DNA from: Acidobacteriota bacterium
Lineage (GTDB): Bacteria; Acidobacteriota; Terriglobia; 20CM-2-55-15
Length of the DNA stretch: 64,000 bases
Direction: 5' to 3'
Assembly (NCBI GenBank): GCA_022821145.1
Contig: JAJEEE010000077.1
Span: 24,795-88,794, forward strand
Part shown: positions 18,775 to 28,327 of the stretch, in pieces
How the letters are laid out: the number at the start of each line of letters is the position of its first letter
Position numbering within the stretch: position 1 is the stretch's first letter
Program-made: the position numbers and the translations under genes
Notes under the pieces: model-generated
Seen by the model: only the letters and a program-made list of their open reading frames with translations
Databases searched by the model: none
What the model was told of the DNA's origin: nothing

Positions 18775-19577
18775 ACGCGGACGAGATCGTCCCCGAAGAT
18801 CACCGCGATCACGGCGCCGGCGCCCAGAAACGTCCCGAAGGGAAGCTCGTAGTCGCGCGTCTTTCCGGACAGGCGCATGAAGATCGTTCCGATCAGGGCG
18901 CCGGACACGGATCCGATCACGAGAGTCAACAGGGCGAGCGGCAGGCCGAGGCACGCCCCGACCATGGCCATCATCTTGACGTCGCCCAGCCCCATACCCT
19001 CGACGCCTCGAAGCCGGAAGAAAGCCTCCCGCACCGCCCACAGGAGGCCGCCTACGGCGATCAGGCCCGCCAGGCTGCCGATGAGCGCCAGCACGCGCGG
19101 CGGGGCGTTCTCGACGCCGGCCAGTCCGAGGAGGCCCTGCGCCAGCGGGTTCGGCGCGCCCAGGTAGACGTGCGCCAGCACGCCGATCCACAGCCCGTTG
19201 AGCGTGATCGCGTCCGGAAGAGTCCTGTGCTCCAGATCGATCGCCGCCAGGACGATCATCGCCGCGGAAAAGACCAGTTGGACGGCCCATTCCGGCCCGA
19301 GCCCGTGACGGACGGCCAACGCCGCGGCGATGAGCGCCGTCAGGATCTCGACGAACGGGTACCGCGCCGAAATGCGCGCACGGCACCGCCGGCAGCGGGC
19401 GCCCAGGACCAGGTAGCTCACGACGGGAACGTTGTCGAACCAGGCGATGGCGCCCCGGCATTCCGGACATCGGGAGCGCGGGCGCGCCACCGACTCGCCG
19501 CGTGGCAGGCGCGCGATGCAGACGTTGAGAAAGCTGCCGACCGCCAGACCGAGCAGGATGGCCGTGGCCATGGCCAT
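18744..19577 (-). CDS. pilD: prepilin peptidase (type IV prepilin leader peptidase, A24 family)
   Basis: The C-terminal 277 aa of the 819-aa track ORF has the zinc tetracysteine CPECRGAIAWFDNVPVVSYL...RCRRCR and the membrane peptidase core (GMGLGDVKMMAMVGACLG). The ATG at 19577 overlaps the upstream gene stop as TGATG. Confidence 0.8.
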   Translation of the reverse strand: MAMATAILLGLAVGSFLNVCIARLPRGESVARPRSRCPECRGAIAWFDNVPVVSYLVLGARCRRCRARISARYPFVEILTALIAAALAVRHGLGPEWAVQLVFSAAMIVLAAIDLEHRTLPDAITLNGLWIGVLAHVYLGAPNPLAQGLLGLAGVENAPPRVLALIGSLAGLIAVGGLLWAVREAFFRLRGVEGMGLGDVKMMAMVGACLGLPLALLTLVIGSVSGALIGTIFMRLSGKTRDYELPFGTFLGAGAVIAVIFGDDLVRVYLDGAFPPG

Positions 19578-20317
19578 CAGCGGATGATCCGAAGCTCTCG
19601 AATCCAGACGTACCGCGCACCCATCCACGCGATGCGCAGTCCGGACAGACCGTCCAGGAATCCGGCGCGGAGCACGAACGCCTTGAGGAAATGCAGGGGC
19701 GGACCCAGCAACGCACGGAACGGATTGAACCGCCGGCCGCGGTCTCGCAACTCCGCCGCGGCCAGGGCGGTATACCGGTCGATCGCCCGGCGCTGCTCCT
19801 CCAGCGACCGGTAGGGAAAGTGGTAGAGGTCGCCCTCGAGGCGGCCGACGGGCCCGTCGACCGACAACGTCTCGTGGACGTAGTCGCCCTTCCAGGAGGC
19901 GCGGGTGCGGTCGTAGAGGCGGACCTTGCGATCGGGATACCAACCCGAATGGCGGATCCACCGTCCCAGGTAGGAGACGCGCCGCGGCATCGAGTACGCC
20001 GCCGCGCTCGAAGTGTCCCCGCGCCGTTGCCATCGCCGGATCTCGTTCGCGAGATCGATACCGGGCCGTTCGTCGGCGTCGATGCTCAGGATCCAGTCGT
20101 GGGCGGCTCTCGAGGCCGCGAAGTTCTTCTGATCCGAATAGCCCGCCCACGGGCGCTCGAGCACGCGGGCGCCGGCCGCCCCGGCGATTTCGACCGTCCC
20201 GTCGCCGCTCCCGGAGTCCACGACGACCACCTCGTCGCAGAAACCGAGGCTCGCGATCGTCTCGGCGATCCGGTCTTCCTCGTCGAACGTGATGATGGTG
20301 GCGCTCAGGCGTATCAT
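19577..20317 (-). CDS. family 2 glycosyltransferase
   Basis: MIRLSATIITFDEEDRIAETIASLGFCDEVVVVDSGSGDGT...ILSIDADE is the GT2 (GT-A fold) signature with the DxD motif. The start is trimmed to an internal Met. Confidence 0.75.
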   Translation of the reverse strand: MIRLSATIITFDEEDRIAETIASLGFCDEVVVVDSGSGDGTVEIAGAAGARVLERPWAGYSDQKNFAASRAAHDWILSIDADERPGIDLANEIRRWQRRGDTSSAAAYSMPRRVSYLGRWIRHSGWYPDRKVRLYDRTRASWKGDYVHETLSVDGPVGRLEGDLYHFPYRSLEEQRRAIDRYTALAAAELRDRGRRFNPFRALLGPPLHFLKAFVLRAGFLDGLSGLRIAWMGARYVWIRELRIIR

Positions 20318-20387
20318 GCGGCGGCCCTCCCGCCGGCCGCGCTTCGGGCCCGGTGGGCGGGGTGCTATAGTTCGACGCCGAAACGGC

Positions 20388-21125
20388 ATGCGCACGATGA
20401 AGCTGACACTGGCCTACGACGGTACACCCTATCACGGGTGGCAGGTCCAGCCCGGCCTTCCGACGGTGCAGGGCGAACTGGACGGGGCGCTGGGCCGGCT
20501 TCTCGACCAGCGGGTCCGCACGCGTGGCGCCGGCCGCACCGACGCCGGCGTTCACGCTCACGGCCAGGTGGCGCATTTCGAGACGGGACGGTCGATGGGC
20601 GTCGACGCGATGCACCGGGGCGTGAACGCCCTGTTGCCGTCCCAGATTCGCGTCGTCGCCGTCCAGGAGGCCGCGGCCGGGTTCGATGCGCGGGCCTCGG
20701 CCCGGGCCAAGACCTACGAGTATCACATCTGGCGCGACCCCGTCGTTTCGCCGTTTCGCCGCCACTACGTTTACGCCCTGTCGCGCCCCCTCGACGGCGA
20801 GGCCATGGACCGCGCGGCCGAACGGTTCGTCGGCGTGCACGATTTCACCGCGTTCTCGGCGGCGGCGGCCCAGGTCATCAGCCGCGTGCGGGAGGTCTAC
20901 GACGCGCGATGGGAACGCCGCGGGTCCGAGTGGGTCTTCCGCATCCGCGCCAACGGTTTCCTGCAGTACATGGCGCGCACGATCGTCGGAACGCTGATCG
21001 AGGTCGGGGAAGGCCGGATCGACGCCGCGCGCATCGATCGGATCTTCGATTCGAGAGACCGGCGCCGCGCCGGCCGTTCCGCACCGGCCAAGGGGTTGCA
21101 TCTGATGTCGGTGGAATACGATTGA
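20388..21125 (+). CDS. truA: tRNA pseudouridine(38-40) synthase
   Basis: MKLTLAYDGTPYHGWQVQPGLPTVQGELDGAL...RTRGAGRTDAGVHAHGQVAHFET is a canonical TruA. The start is ATG 20388 or 20397. Confidence 0.85.
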   Translation: MRTMKLTLAYDGTPYHGWQVQPGLPTVQGELDGALGRLLDQRVRTRGAGRTDAGVHAHGQVAHFETGRSMGVDAMHRGVNALLPSQIRVVAVQEAAAGFDARASARAKTYEYHIWRDPVVSPFRRHYVYALSRPLDGEAMDRAAERFVGVHDFTAFSAAAAQVISRVREVYDARWERRGSEWVFRIRANGFLQYMARTIVGTLIEVGEGRIDAARIDRIFDSRDRRRAGRSAPAKGLHLMSVEYD

Positions 21126-21225
21126 GCGGGAGGGCGCCGTCCGAGCCTGAACGGTGCACGGCACTCCAGGCAAAGGAGTTGAGGCGTCGGCACTCTTCCA
21201 CACAAAGTGCTAAGATAGCCAGGCC

Positions 21226-21984
21226 ATGCCGAGCGCTCCAGACGACCGGATCCGGTTGATCGACCCCGACGCGGTGCCGGCCCATATCGCCGTAATCATG
21301 GACGGAAACGGCCGTTGGGCCCGCCAACGGAACCTGCCCCGCATCGCCGGCCATCAGGCCGGCATCCAGTCCGTGCGCGAGATTCTGGAAGCCTCGGCCG
21401 AGCTCGGCGTCGGAGCCCTGACGCTCTACGCGTTCTCGACCGAGAACTGGAAACGTCCGCCCTCGGAAGTGGAGGCCCTGATGGAGCTCCTGCGCGAGTA
21501 CCTGGGCCGGGAGATCGACAACCTCGACCGGAACGACATCCGTTTCGGCACGCTGGGCGATTCCTCCGCGCTGAGCCCCGTCATCCAGTCCGAGTTGAAA
21601 CATGCCGTCGAACGCACCGCGGCCAACAGCGGGCTCCGATTCAACGTCGCCCTCAACTACAGCGGGCGCGACGATCTCCGCCGCGCGGTGAACACCATCC
21701 TGTCCAAGGCGAAAGACGATCCGCGGCTCTTGGAGGGAATCTCGGAAGAATACATTTCCCGGCATCTCTATACCGCGGACCTCGCGGACCCCGACCTGCT
21801 CATACGGACAAGCGGCGAGTGGCGGGTCAGCAACTTCCTGTTGTGGCAGATCGCGTATTCGGAGATCTGGGTTACCGACACGCTGTGGCCGGACTTCCGG
21901 CGGCCGCACCTGTACGAAGCGATCATCGCCTACCAGAAGCGCGAGCGGCGGTATGGAGGCCTGACTCCGGCCCTGGCCCGATGA
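21226..21984 (+). CDS. uppS: undecaprenyl diphosphate synthase (ditrans,polycis)
   Basis: HIAVIMDGNGRWARQRNLPRIAGHQAG...LTLYAFSTENWKRP is a canonical UppS. Confidence 0.9.
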   Translation: MPSAPDDRIRLIDPDAVPAHIAVIMDGNGRWARQRNLPRIAGHQAGIQSVREILEASAELGVGALTLYAFSTENWKRPPSEVEALMELLREYLGREIDNLDRNDIRFGTLGDSSALSPVIQSELKHAVERTAANSGLRFNVALNYSGRDDLRRAVNTILSKAKDDPRLLEGISEEYISRHLYTADLADPDLLIRTSGEWRVSNFLLWQIAYSEIWVTDTLWPDFRRPHLYEAIIAYQKRERRYGGLTPALAR

Positions 21985-22748
21985 CGCGTATCCTGACGGC
22001 CGTCTTCGGGCTCGCGCTCGTCATCGGCGTCGTGGGTCTGGGACCCGCGTGGCTGTTCGTCGTCGTGGCGGCCGCGGTCTCCGCGCTCGCGCTCGACGAG
22101 TTCCTCGCGCTGGACGCCGCGCGGCGCGGCGGGCGCGTCGGGCGCTGGTTCCTTCTCATCGGCGCCGGCGTCACCGCGTCGTTCGCCCTGGACCCCGGCG
22201 CGCCGGTATGGGCGCTGGCCCTGGGCGTCCTCATCCTGCTGACGGCGGCCCTGGCCCGCTCGCCCGGGGCGACCGCCGACCGCGTGATGGGCGGCGCCAC
22301 CGGCCTGGCCTACGTGTCGATTCTGATGGGCTTCCTCGTTCTGCTCCCCCGGGACGCCCTGTTCCCGCTGCTCGGCATCGTCTGGGCCGGCGACACGGGC
22401 GCGTACTACGGCGGCCGGCTTCTCGGGCGACGCCGGCTGGCGCCCGTCATCAGCCCGGCGAAGACGGTCGAGGGCGCGGCGGCGGGCGCGCTGGCCAGCC
22501 TGGCCGCCGGGGTCCTGTTGATGCGCGTGTCGATGCAGGCGGAGTGGACGCCTATTCTGACGGGCGTCGTCCTGCTGACGGCGGCCGCGGGCCAGGTGGG
22601 CGACCTGGCCGAGTCGGCCCTCAAGCGCGCCGCCGGCGTCAAGGACTCGTCCCGCCGGCTGCCCGGTCACGGGGGCGTGCTCGACCGGATCGACAGCCTG
22701 CTGTTCGCCGGACCGGTCTTCCATATGTGCCTGCCATGGCTCCGGTGA
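21981..22748 (+). CDS. cdsA: phosphatidate cytidylyltransferase (CDP-diglyceride synthase)
   Basis: Membrane protein. Its C-terminal region matches the CdsA signature (...KTVEGAAAGALAS...SALKRAAGVKDSSRRLPGHGGVLDRIDSLLF). The ATG at 21981 overlaps the uppS stop as ATGA. This is the real gene inside track ORF 21315..22748. Confidence 0.85.
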   Translation: MTRILTAVFGLALVIGVVGLGPAWLFVVVAAAVSALALDEFLALDAARRGGRVGRWFLLIGAGVTASFALDPGAPVWALALGVLILLTAALARSPGATADRVMGGATGLAYVSILMGFLVLLPRDALFPLLGIVWAGDTGAYYGGRLLGRRRLAPVISPAKTVEGAAAGALASLAAGVLLMRVSMQAEWTPILTGVVLLTAAAGQVGDLAESALKRAAGVKDSSRRLPGHGGVLDRIDSLLFAGPVFHMCLPWLR

Positions 22749-23914
22749 CACGCGTCGCGATCATCGGCTCGACCGGCTCGGTCGGCGTCAACACGCTCCG
22801 GGTGATCGACGCGCTCGCGCCGGATTACCAGGTGGCGGCGCTCGCGGCCCACTCCTCGACGCGGAAGATGGCCGCCCAGGTCGCGCGATACCGGCCGGGG
22901 GTGGTGGCGCTGGGGGACGCCTCGGTCGTCGCGGAGTTCGAGCGCGACTGCGCGGCCGAGGGCGTCCCGGTTCCGCCGACGTTGATGGGCGAGACGGGGT
23001 TGCGGGAGCTGGGCGGCATGGACGAGAGCGACATCGTCGTCTCCGCGGCGGTCGGCGCCGCCGGTTTGGCGCCGACCCACGCGGCCCTGGCCGCGGGCAA
23101 GAAGGTCGCGCTGGCCAACAAGGAAGCCATGGTGATCGCCGGAGAGCTGCTGCGATCCACCGCCGAGAAACACGGCGGCTCGATCCTTCCCGTGGACAGC
23201 GAACACAACGCGATCCACCAGTGCCTCCGGGCCGGCGAGCCGCCGGAAGTGCGCCGGCTGATCCTGACGGCTTCCGGCGGCCCGTTTCTGGATCGGCCCT
23301 CGGATTCGTTCGATCGCATCACTCCGGACGAAGCCCTCGACCACCCCACGTGGAAGATGGGGCGGCGCATCACGATCGACTCCGCGACCCTGATGAACAA
23401 GGGGTTCGAAGTGATCGAGGCCCGCTGGCTGTTCGACTTCGATCCTTCGGCGATCGACATCGTGGTGCATCCCCAGTCGATCGTCCATTCCATGGTCGAG
23501 TTCGTCGACGGGTCGATCGTGGCGCAGATGGGGACCGCCGACATGCGCGGCCCGATTCAATACGCCCTGACCTACCCGCGCCGCGCAGGCTCGGCCGTGC
23601 CCCGGGTGGACTGGGCGTCGCTGCCCCCGCTCGAGTTCCGCCTGCCCGACCGGAACCGTTTTCCCGCCGTCGGGCTCGCCTACGACGCGGTCGCGACGGG
23701 AGGCACGGCGCCGGCGGTTCTGAACGCGGCCGACGAGGTGGCGGTGGACGCCTTTCTCGAGGGCCGGATCGCGTTCACCGACATCGCCCGTATCATCGAC
23801 GGGGTTCTCGCCTCGCATGCGCCGTCGGCGCCCGACAGCGTCGAGAAGGTTCTCGAAGCGGACAGGTGGGCGCGGCGTCGGGCCCGGGAGGCCGCGCGCT
23901 CCCGGGCGCGTTGA
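22736..23914 (+). CDS. dxr: 1-deoxy-D-xylulose 5-phosphate reductoisomerase
   Basis: MAPVTRVAIIGSTGSVGVNTLRVI...ALANKEAMVIAGELL...LTASGGPFL is a canonical Dxr. This is the real gene inside track ORF 22049..23914. Confidence 0.9.
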   Translation: MAPVTRVAIIGSTGSVGVNTLRVIDALAPDYQVAALAAHSSTRKMAAQVARYRPGVVALGDASVVAEFERDCAAEGVPVPPTLMGETGLRELGGMDESDIVVSAAVGAAGLAPTHAALAAGKKVALANKEAMVIAGELLRSTAEKHGGSILPVDSEHNAIHQCLRAGEPPEVRRLILTASGGPFLDRPSDSFDRITPDEALDHPTWKMGRRITIDSATLMNKGFEVIEARWLFDFDPSAIDIVVHPQSIVHSMVEFVDGSIVAQMGTADMRGPIQYALTYPRRAGSAVPRVDWASLPPLEFRLPDRNRFPAVGLAYDAVATGGTAPAVLNAADEVAVDAFLEGRIAFTDIARIIDGVLASHAPSAPDSVEKVLEADRWARRRAREAARSRAR

Positions 23915-23993
23915 CGGGGCTCCCGCCGGACCGCGGGCGGGCGCGTGCTAGAATGATGCCGCCCTTTTCCGTCGTGTTCCGAAAAGAGGTTCC

Positions 23994-25322
23994 ATGATCG
24001 GCGCCGTGAGCAACATCGTAGTCGCCCTCGTCGTCCTCGGAGTGATCATCGTCTTCCACGAGGCCGGCCACTTCTTCGTCGCGAAGCTGTTCGGCATTCG
24101 CGTGGAAACGTTCTCCATCGGTTTCGGACCCCGCCTGTTCGGCTTCCGGCGCGGTGACACGGACTACCGCGTCAGCGCGCTCCCGCTCGGCGGATACGTC
24201 AAGATGTCGGGGGAGAACCCGGGAGACGAGGTCCACGGCGAGGCGTACGAGTTCATGTCCAAGCCGAAGTGGCAGCGTTTTCTCGTGGCGTTCGCGGGAC
24301 CCGCCATGAACGGCGTCCTGGCGGTGGGTTTGCTGGCCGGTATGTACGTGTACGGCGTCGAGGAGCGGCGTCCGCCGTCCGAGATGGTGATCGGCAACGT
24401 CGTCGAGGGGTCCCCCGCCGACGATGCCGGAATCCGGGCGGGGGACGTCATCGCCGAGTTCGACGGAGACAACGACGTCAACTGGAGCTCGGTCGAGCTC
24501 GAGGTCGTGCTGGGAGCCGGCCGGTCCATTCCGATGGTCCTGGAGCGGAACGGCGAGCGCATCGACACCGTTCTGGTCCCGGATGCGGCCGGTCCCAGGG
24601 AAACCGGTTACGCCGGATTCGAGCCGGACGAGGTCGGGACCGAGGTGGTCGGCTACAGCATGGAGGATTCGCCGGCCGAACGGGCGGGTCTGCGCGTCGG
24701 CGACGAGATCGTCGGGATCGACGACGTCGATCTCCGGGGGGCCTCCACCCAGCGCGTCATCGAGGTGTTGCAGGAATCGTCCGACGACGTCGTCTCCCTC
24801 ACCGTCGTGCGCGAGGGGGAAACCGTCCAACTGGAGGCGGAACCGGTCGTCAACGAAACGGGCAACCGGATCCTGGGCATCCAGATCGACGCGCCCCTGG
24901 TGTTCGTGCAACTGGGTCCGCTTCAGGCGATCGACGCGTCCCTTCGGTGGAACGCCGCCAACGCGGTCCTCATCTTCGACATCCTCGGCCGATTGGTCCG
25001 GCGCGAAGTGTCGACGCGCGCGATGGACGGACCGATCGGCATCATCAACGAGACGGGCCGCCGCTACCAGCAGGGGTTTCAGCAACTGTTGCTGCTGGTC
25101 GTGATCATCAGCCTCAACCTGGGAATCATCAACCTGCTGCCCATCCCGATCCTCGACGGGGGCGTCATGCTGTTGCTCGCGATCGAGGGCGTCATTCGCA
25201 AGGACCTGAGCCTGGCGGTCAAGGAACGCATCGCGCAGGTCAGCTTCGTCTTCCTGCTGACCCTGATCGTGTTCGTTCTGTACAACGACATCGTCAATCT
25301 CTCCGACCAGATCGGCGAGTGA
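23994..25322 (+). CDS. rseP: RIP metalloprotease RseP (site-2 protease, M50 with PDZ domains)
   Basis: IVFHEAGHFFVAKLFGIRVETFSIGFGP HExxH motif. Central PDZ region. C-terminal membrane segment ending LPIPILDGG. Confidence 0.9.
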   Translation: MIGAVSNIVVALVVLGVIIVFHEAGHFFVAKLFGIRVETFSIGFGPRLFGFRRGDTDYRVSALPLGGYVKMSGENPGDEVHGEAYEFMSKPKWQRFLVAFAGPAMNGVLAVGLLAGMYVYGVEERRPPSEMVIGNVVEGSPADDAGIRAGDVIAEFDGDNDVNWSSVELEVVLGAGRSIPMVLERNGERIDTVLVPDAAGPRETGYAGFEPDEVGTEVVGYSMEDSPAERAGLRVGDEIVGIDDVDLRGASTQRVIEVLQESSDDVVSLTVVREGETVQLEAEPVVNETGNRILGIQIDAPLVFVQLGPLQAIDASLRWNAANAVLIFDILGRLVRREVSTRAMDGPIGIINETGRRYQQGFQQLLLLVVIISLNLGIINLLPIPILDGGVMLLLAIEGVIRKDLSLAVKERIAQVSFVFLLTLIVFVLYNDIVNLSDQIGE

Positions 25323-25759
25323 TGCCCCCGGCCCCGCCCGAGACGCAGGTCTTCCGGAAATACCTGGAGGAAAACGGCCTCAGGCAGACGCGGCACCGGA
25401 TGCTTATCCTCGATACGTTCATCGCGAACGAAGGGCACCGCAGTATCGAGGACATCCACGACAACGTCCGAAAGTCCGACTCCCGCATCGGCTACACCAC
25501 GATCTACCGGACGATGAAGCTGCTGAGCGACGCCGGGCTGGCCCGCGAGGTCGACCTGGGCGACGGGATGACGCGCTACGAGCACCTCTACAACCACAAG
25601 CATCACGACCACATGATCTGCACCGAATGCGGACGGTCCATCGAGTTCTTCAACGCGCAGATCGAGGCGCTGCAGGATGCGGCCTCGGAGAAGCTGGGGT
25701 TTCGGGTTCAGGATCACCGCCTGCAGATCTATGGCCTGTGCCGGTCCTGCCGGCCGTGA
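25322..25759 (+). CDS. Fur-family transcriptional regulator (ferric/zinc/peroxide uptake regulator family)
   Basis: 145 aa. Winged helix (RQTRHRMLILDTFI), His-rich metal site (HKHHDH), and structural CxxC...CxxC (CTECGRS...CRSCRP). The start overlaps the rseP stop as TGATG. Confidence 0.8.
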   Translation: MPPAPPETQVFRKYLEENGLRQTRHRMLILDTFIANEGHRSIEDIHDNVRKSDSRIGYTTIYRTMKLLSDAGLAREVDLGDGMTRYEHLYNHKHHDHMICTECGRSIEFFNAQIEALQDAASEKLGFRVQDHRLQIYGLCRSCRP

Positions 25760-25792
25760 CGCGGCCGTCGGACGATCTGCGGTCGAGTAGTC

Positions 25793-26779
25793 TCAGCCCT
25801 CGGCCGCCCGCGCGGCGCGTGTGCGGTGCGCCAGGTCGACGGCGCACCGCATGGCGGCTTCCATCCCCCCGGCGTCCGCAACCCCCCGGCCGGCAATGTC
25901 GAGGGCCGTCCCGTGGTCGGGCGACGTGCGGACGTAGGGAAGACCCAGCGTCACGTGCGAGGCGGAACGCGGCGCCATGAGCTTGACCGGAATCAGACCC
26001 TGATCGTGGTACGGCGCGACGACCAGGTCGAACTCGCCCGCGTGCGCCCGCTGGTACACACTGTCGGCCGGATGCGGCCCGGACACGTCGACACCGGCTT
26101 GCCGGACCGATCGCACGGCGGGCCCAAGGATGGCGTCCTCTTCGTCGCCGAACAGCCCGCCCTCCCCGGCGTGCGGGTTGACGGCGGCCACCGCGATGCG
26201 GGGACGTTCCATGCCGAGCCGGCTCAGCGCCCTGGCCGCCGCGTGGAGAACCCGTTGGTATAGATCAACCGAAAGGGCGTCGAGTGCGCCGCGAAGCGAA
26301 TGGTGCGTCGTGGCCAGCACCACCTTCAGGGTCGGAGCGAAGAACGTCATCAGCGGCAGGTCGCATCCGGCGCGAGCGGCCAGAAAGCTCGTGTGGTCGC
26401 GAAAGCCGTTCCCCACCCACCGTTTGCCGAGCGGCGCGGTGACCAGCGCGTCGAGCGCTCCCGCCAGGGCCGCGCCGCTGGCCGCCTCCAAGGCCGTCAA
26501 CGCGCGCCGTCCGCCCTCGTGGCTTGCCCGTCCGGGCTCGAGGGCCGAGTCGCCACCCTTCATGAACACGACCTGCAGGCCGCCCGTCGCGGCGTCGGCC
26601 GCATCCTTCGCGAGCCGCCACGGAACCGAGAGTCCGAAACGCTCCCGGCACGCTTCGAAGTCGGAGCGATGCACGTACAGGAACCAGGTGGCGGCATCGC
26701 TCGGCAGTCTCGGCAGGGCCTTGAAGACGACCTCCAGGCCGATTCCCGCGGGGTCGCCGGCGGCGATGCCGACCTTCAA
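25793..26779 (-). CDS. pdxA: 4-hydroxythreonine-4-phosphate dehydrogenase
   Basis: (M)[19 protein letters not shown]...[10 protein letters not shown]...HDQG are PdxA motifs. There is no in-frame ATG, so TTG at 26779 (overlapping the hfq stop as TTGA) is the inferred start. Confidence 0.75.
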   Translation of the reverse strand: MKVGIAAGDPAGIGLEVVFKALPRLPSDAATWFLYVHRSDFEACRERFGLSVPWRLAKDAADAATGGLQVVFMKGGDSALEPGRASHEGGRRALTALEAASGAALAGALDALVTAPLGKRWVGNGFRDHTSFLAARAGCDLPLMTFFAPTLKVVLATTHHSLRGALDALSVDLYQRVLHAAARALSRLGMERPRIAVAAVNPHAGEGGLFGDEEDAILGPAVRSVRQAGVDVSGPHPADSVYQRAHAGEFDLVVAPYHDQGLIPVKLMAPRSASHVTLGLPYVRTSPDHGTALDIAGRGVADAGGMEAAMRCAVDLAHRTRAARAAEG

Positions 26780-27075
26780 TCGTCGTGTTCCTTGAACATG
26801 TACTTGATGTTGTGCTTGAGAACCAACAGGTTCGGGTCGGACTCGCGATTGATCTTGATGCTGTTCCGGTCGTACCACTCGATGACGCCGCGAATCTGCT
26901 CTCCGTCCTGCAGCACCACCACCATGGGCGTGCGGTTCTGCATCTGCTTGGCGTAATAGAAACTCTCGGCGTTGGTCTGGTCCGCGGGCGGCTGCTTGCG
27001 CTTGGCCGGCCGCGGCGGCGCGGGTTCCTTCTTGATCTCGGACAGGTTGGGTCGGATGAGTCTTCGGTTGGCCAT
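26776..27075 (-). CDS. hfq: Hfq-like RNA chaperone with basic/proline-rich N-terminal extension
   Basis: The core [41 protein letters not shown]...[11 protein letters not shown] aligns with the Hfq Sm1/Sm2 pattern (E. coli [38 protein letters not shown]...YKHAIST). It is preceded by ~35 aa [34 protein letters not shown]. Confidence 0.65.
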   Translation of the reverse strand: MANRRLIRPNLSEIKKEPAPPRPAKRKQPPADQTNAESFYYAKQMQNRTPMVVVLQDGEQIRGVIEWYDRNSIKINRESDPNLLVLKHNIKYMFKEHDD

Positions 27076-27264
27076 TGCTCTCTCGGGTTCTTCGGACTGG
27101 ATTTCTCGGGAACGGGTTCCCGGGGCGCATTCTTTCGAACGACGCCTGCGACGAGCGATCGTTGATGGACCGGATTCGGATTCGAACCACCCAGGCGTGG
27201 AACCGTCTCGATCGTCCGAAAATTCTAGCAGCCCGCCGGGGAAATGTACATGGCGCGGCCCCTG

Positions 27265-28284
27265 TCAGCGGTCGCGCCACCCCGCGTCTTCCAACATCGG
27301 GGCGGTCTCCGCGTTGAGGGTCAACGCGAGGGCGTCGGTCAGCAACTGCCGGTTCACGTGGTTCTTCAGCGCGCGCTCGGTGAAACGGATCCAATCGGCG
27401 ATCCGGACCAGCGCCGGCGGGTCCAACCGGGACGCGATTTGCCGAATCCGTTCCCGGACGTCGACGTTCACGATCCGATCCTCGAGTCCGTGCCCGGCAT
27501 ACAGGATGTCGGCCACCACGACGCCGACGGCGCGCAGCTTTTCCCCGTATTCCTCCCGGGAACGCGCCAGGTCGGCGCTTTCCGCGAACAGCGCCGGCCA
27601 CGTCGCGCCGCCGGCGTCCACGGCGGACTCGACGAAGGCGAGCACCGCGTCCCGGAGGGCTCGCAATTCAACGGGATCCGTGGCGAGCGCCCGACCGACG
27701 CTGCCGCGGGCCCAGCGCACGACGAGCTCGTCGTCGGGGCCCGCCTCGAGCATCTCCTCCATGCCCAGCGGCAGGAACCGGTAGACCTGGCAGCGGGAAC
27801 GGATCGTGGGCATCAGCTCGTGGAGGTTCGTGGTGATCAATACGAAGTAGGTCCGGTCGGGGGGCTCCTCCAAGGCCTTCAACATGGCGTTGGCGGACGC
27901 CGGGTTCATGCGCTCCGCCGGATCGATCAGGAAAACCTGGGCGGAACCCGGCGCGACGGCCAGCTCCAGACGCGTTCGGAGCTCGCGGATCTGCTCGATC
28001 CGGATCCGGGTCGATCCCGCCTCGACCGACACGGTCGAGACGTCCGGGTGCGAGCCGGCGTCGACGGCGCGGCAGGAACCGCATCGGCCGCATTCGCAGC
28101 CGTGCGCGTCGCGCGCGCCGCAGTTGAGCGCCTGCGCGACGCGCAGGGCGAAGGTGCGTTTGCCGACGCCGTCCGGGCCCGTGAAGATCATCGCGTGCGG
28201 CAGACGCTCACGCGCCAACTGGGATCGCAGGCGAGCGACGAGCGGCGCGTTTCCCAGGAACGCGGCCCCGACGGAGGCGTTCAT
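27265..28284 (-). CDS. holB: DNA polymerase III subunit delta'
   Basis: MIFTGPDGVGKRTFALRVAQALNC...CGRCGSCRAVDAGSHPDV: AAA+ Walker A plus the zinc module of delta'. Follows tmk as in many bacteria. Confidence 0.8.
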   Translation of the reverse strand: MNASVGAAFLGNAPLVARLRSQLARERLPHAMIFTGPDGVGKRTFALRVAQALNCGARDAHGCECGRCGSCRAVDAGSHPDVSTVSVEAGSTRIRIEQIRELRTRLELAVAPGSAQVFLIDPAERMNPASANAMLKALEEPPDRTYFVLITTNLHELMPTIRSRCQVYRFLPLGMEEMLEAGPDDELVVRWARGSVGRALATDPVELRALRDAVLAFVESAVDAGGATWPALFAESADLARSREEYGEKLRAVGVVVADILYAGHGLEDRIVNVDVRERIRQIASRLDPPALVRIADWIRFTERALKNHVNRQLLTDALALTLNAETAPMLEDAGWRDR

Positions 28285-28327
28285 CGAAGATCGGCGCGCC
28301 CGTCGCTCCAAGGTCTGCGCCGGACGC

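Noticed and set aside
27177-27187. GGTTCGAATCC (tRNA T-loop-like 11-mer, minus strand) in the hfq-holB spacer, suggesting a tRNA or tRNA-derived attachment-site remnant
   Set aside because: Flanking bases cannot form a T-stem, an acceptor stem or an anticodon arm. It is an isolated motif, most likely chance.
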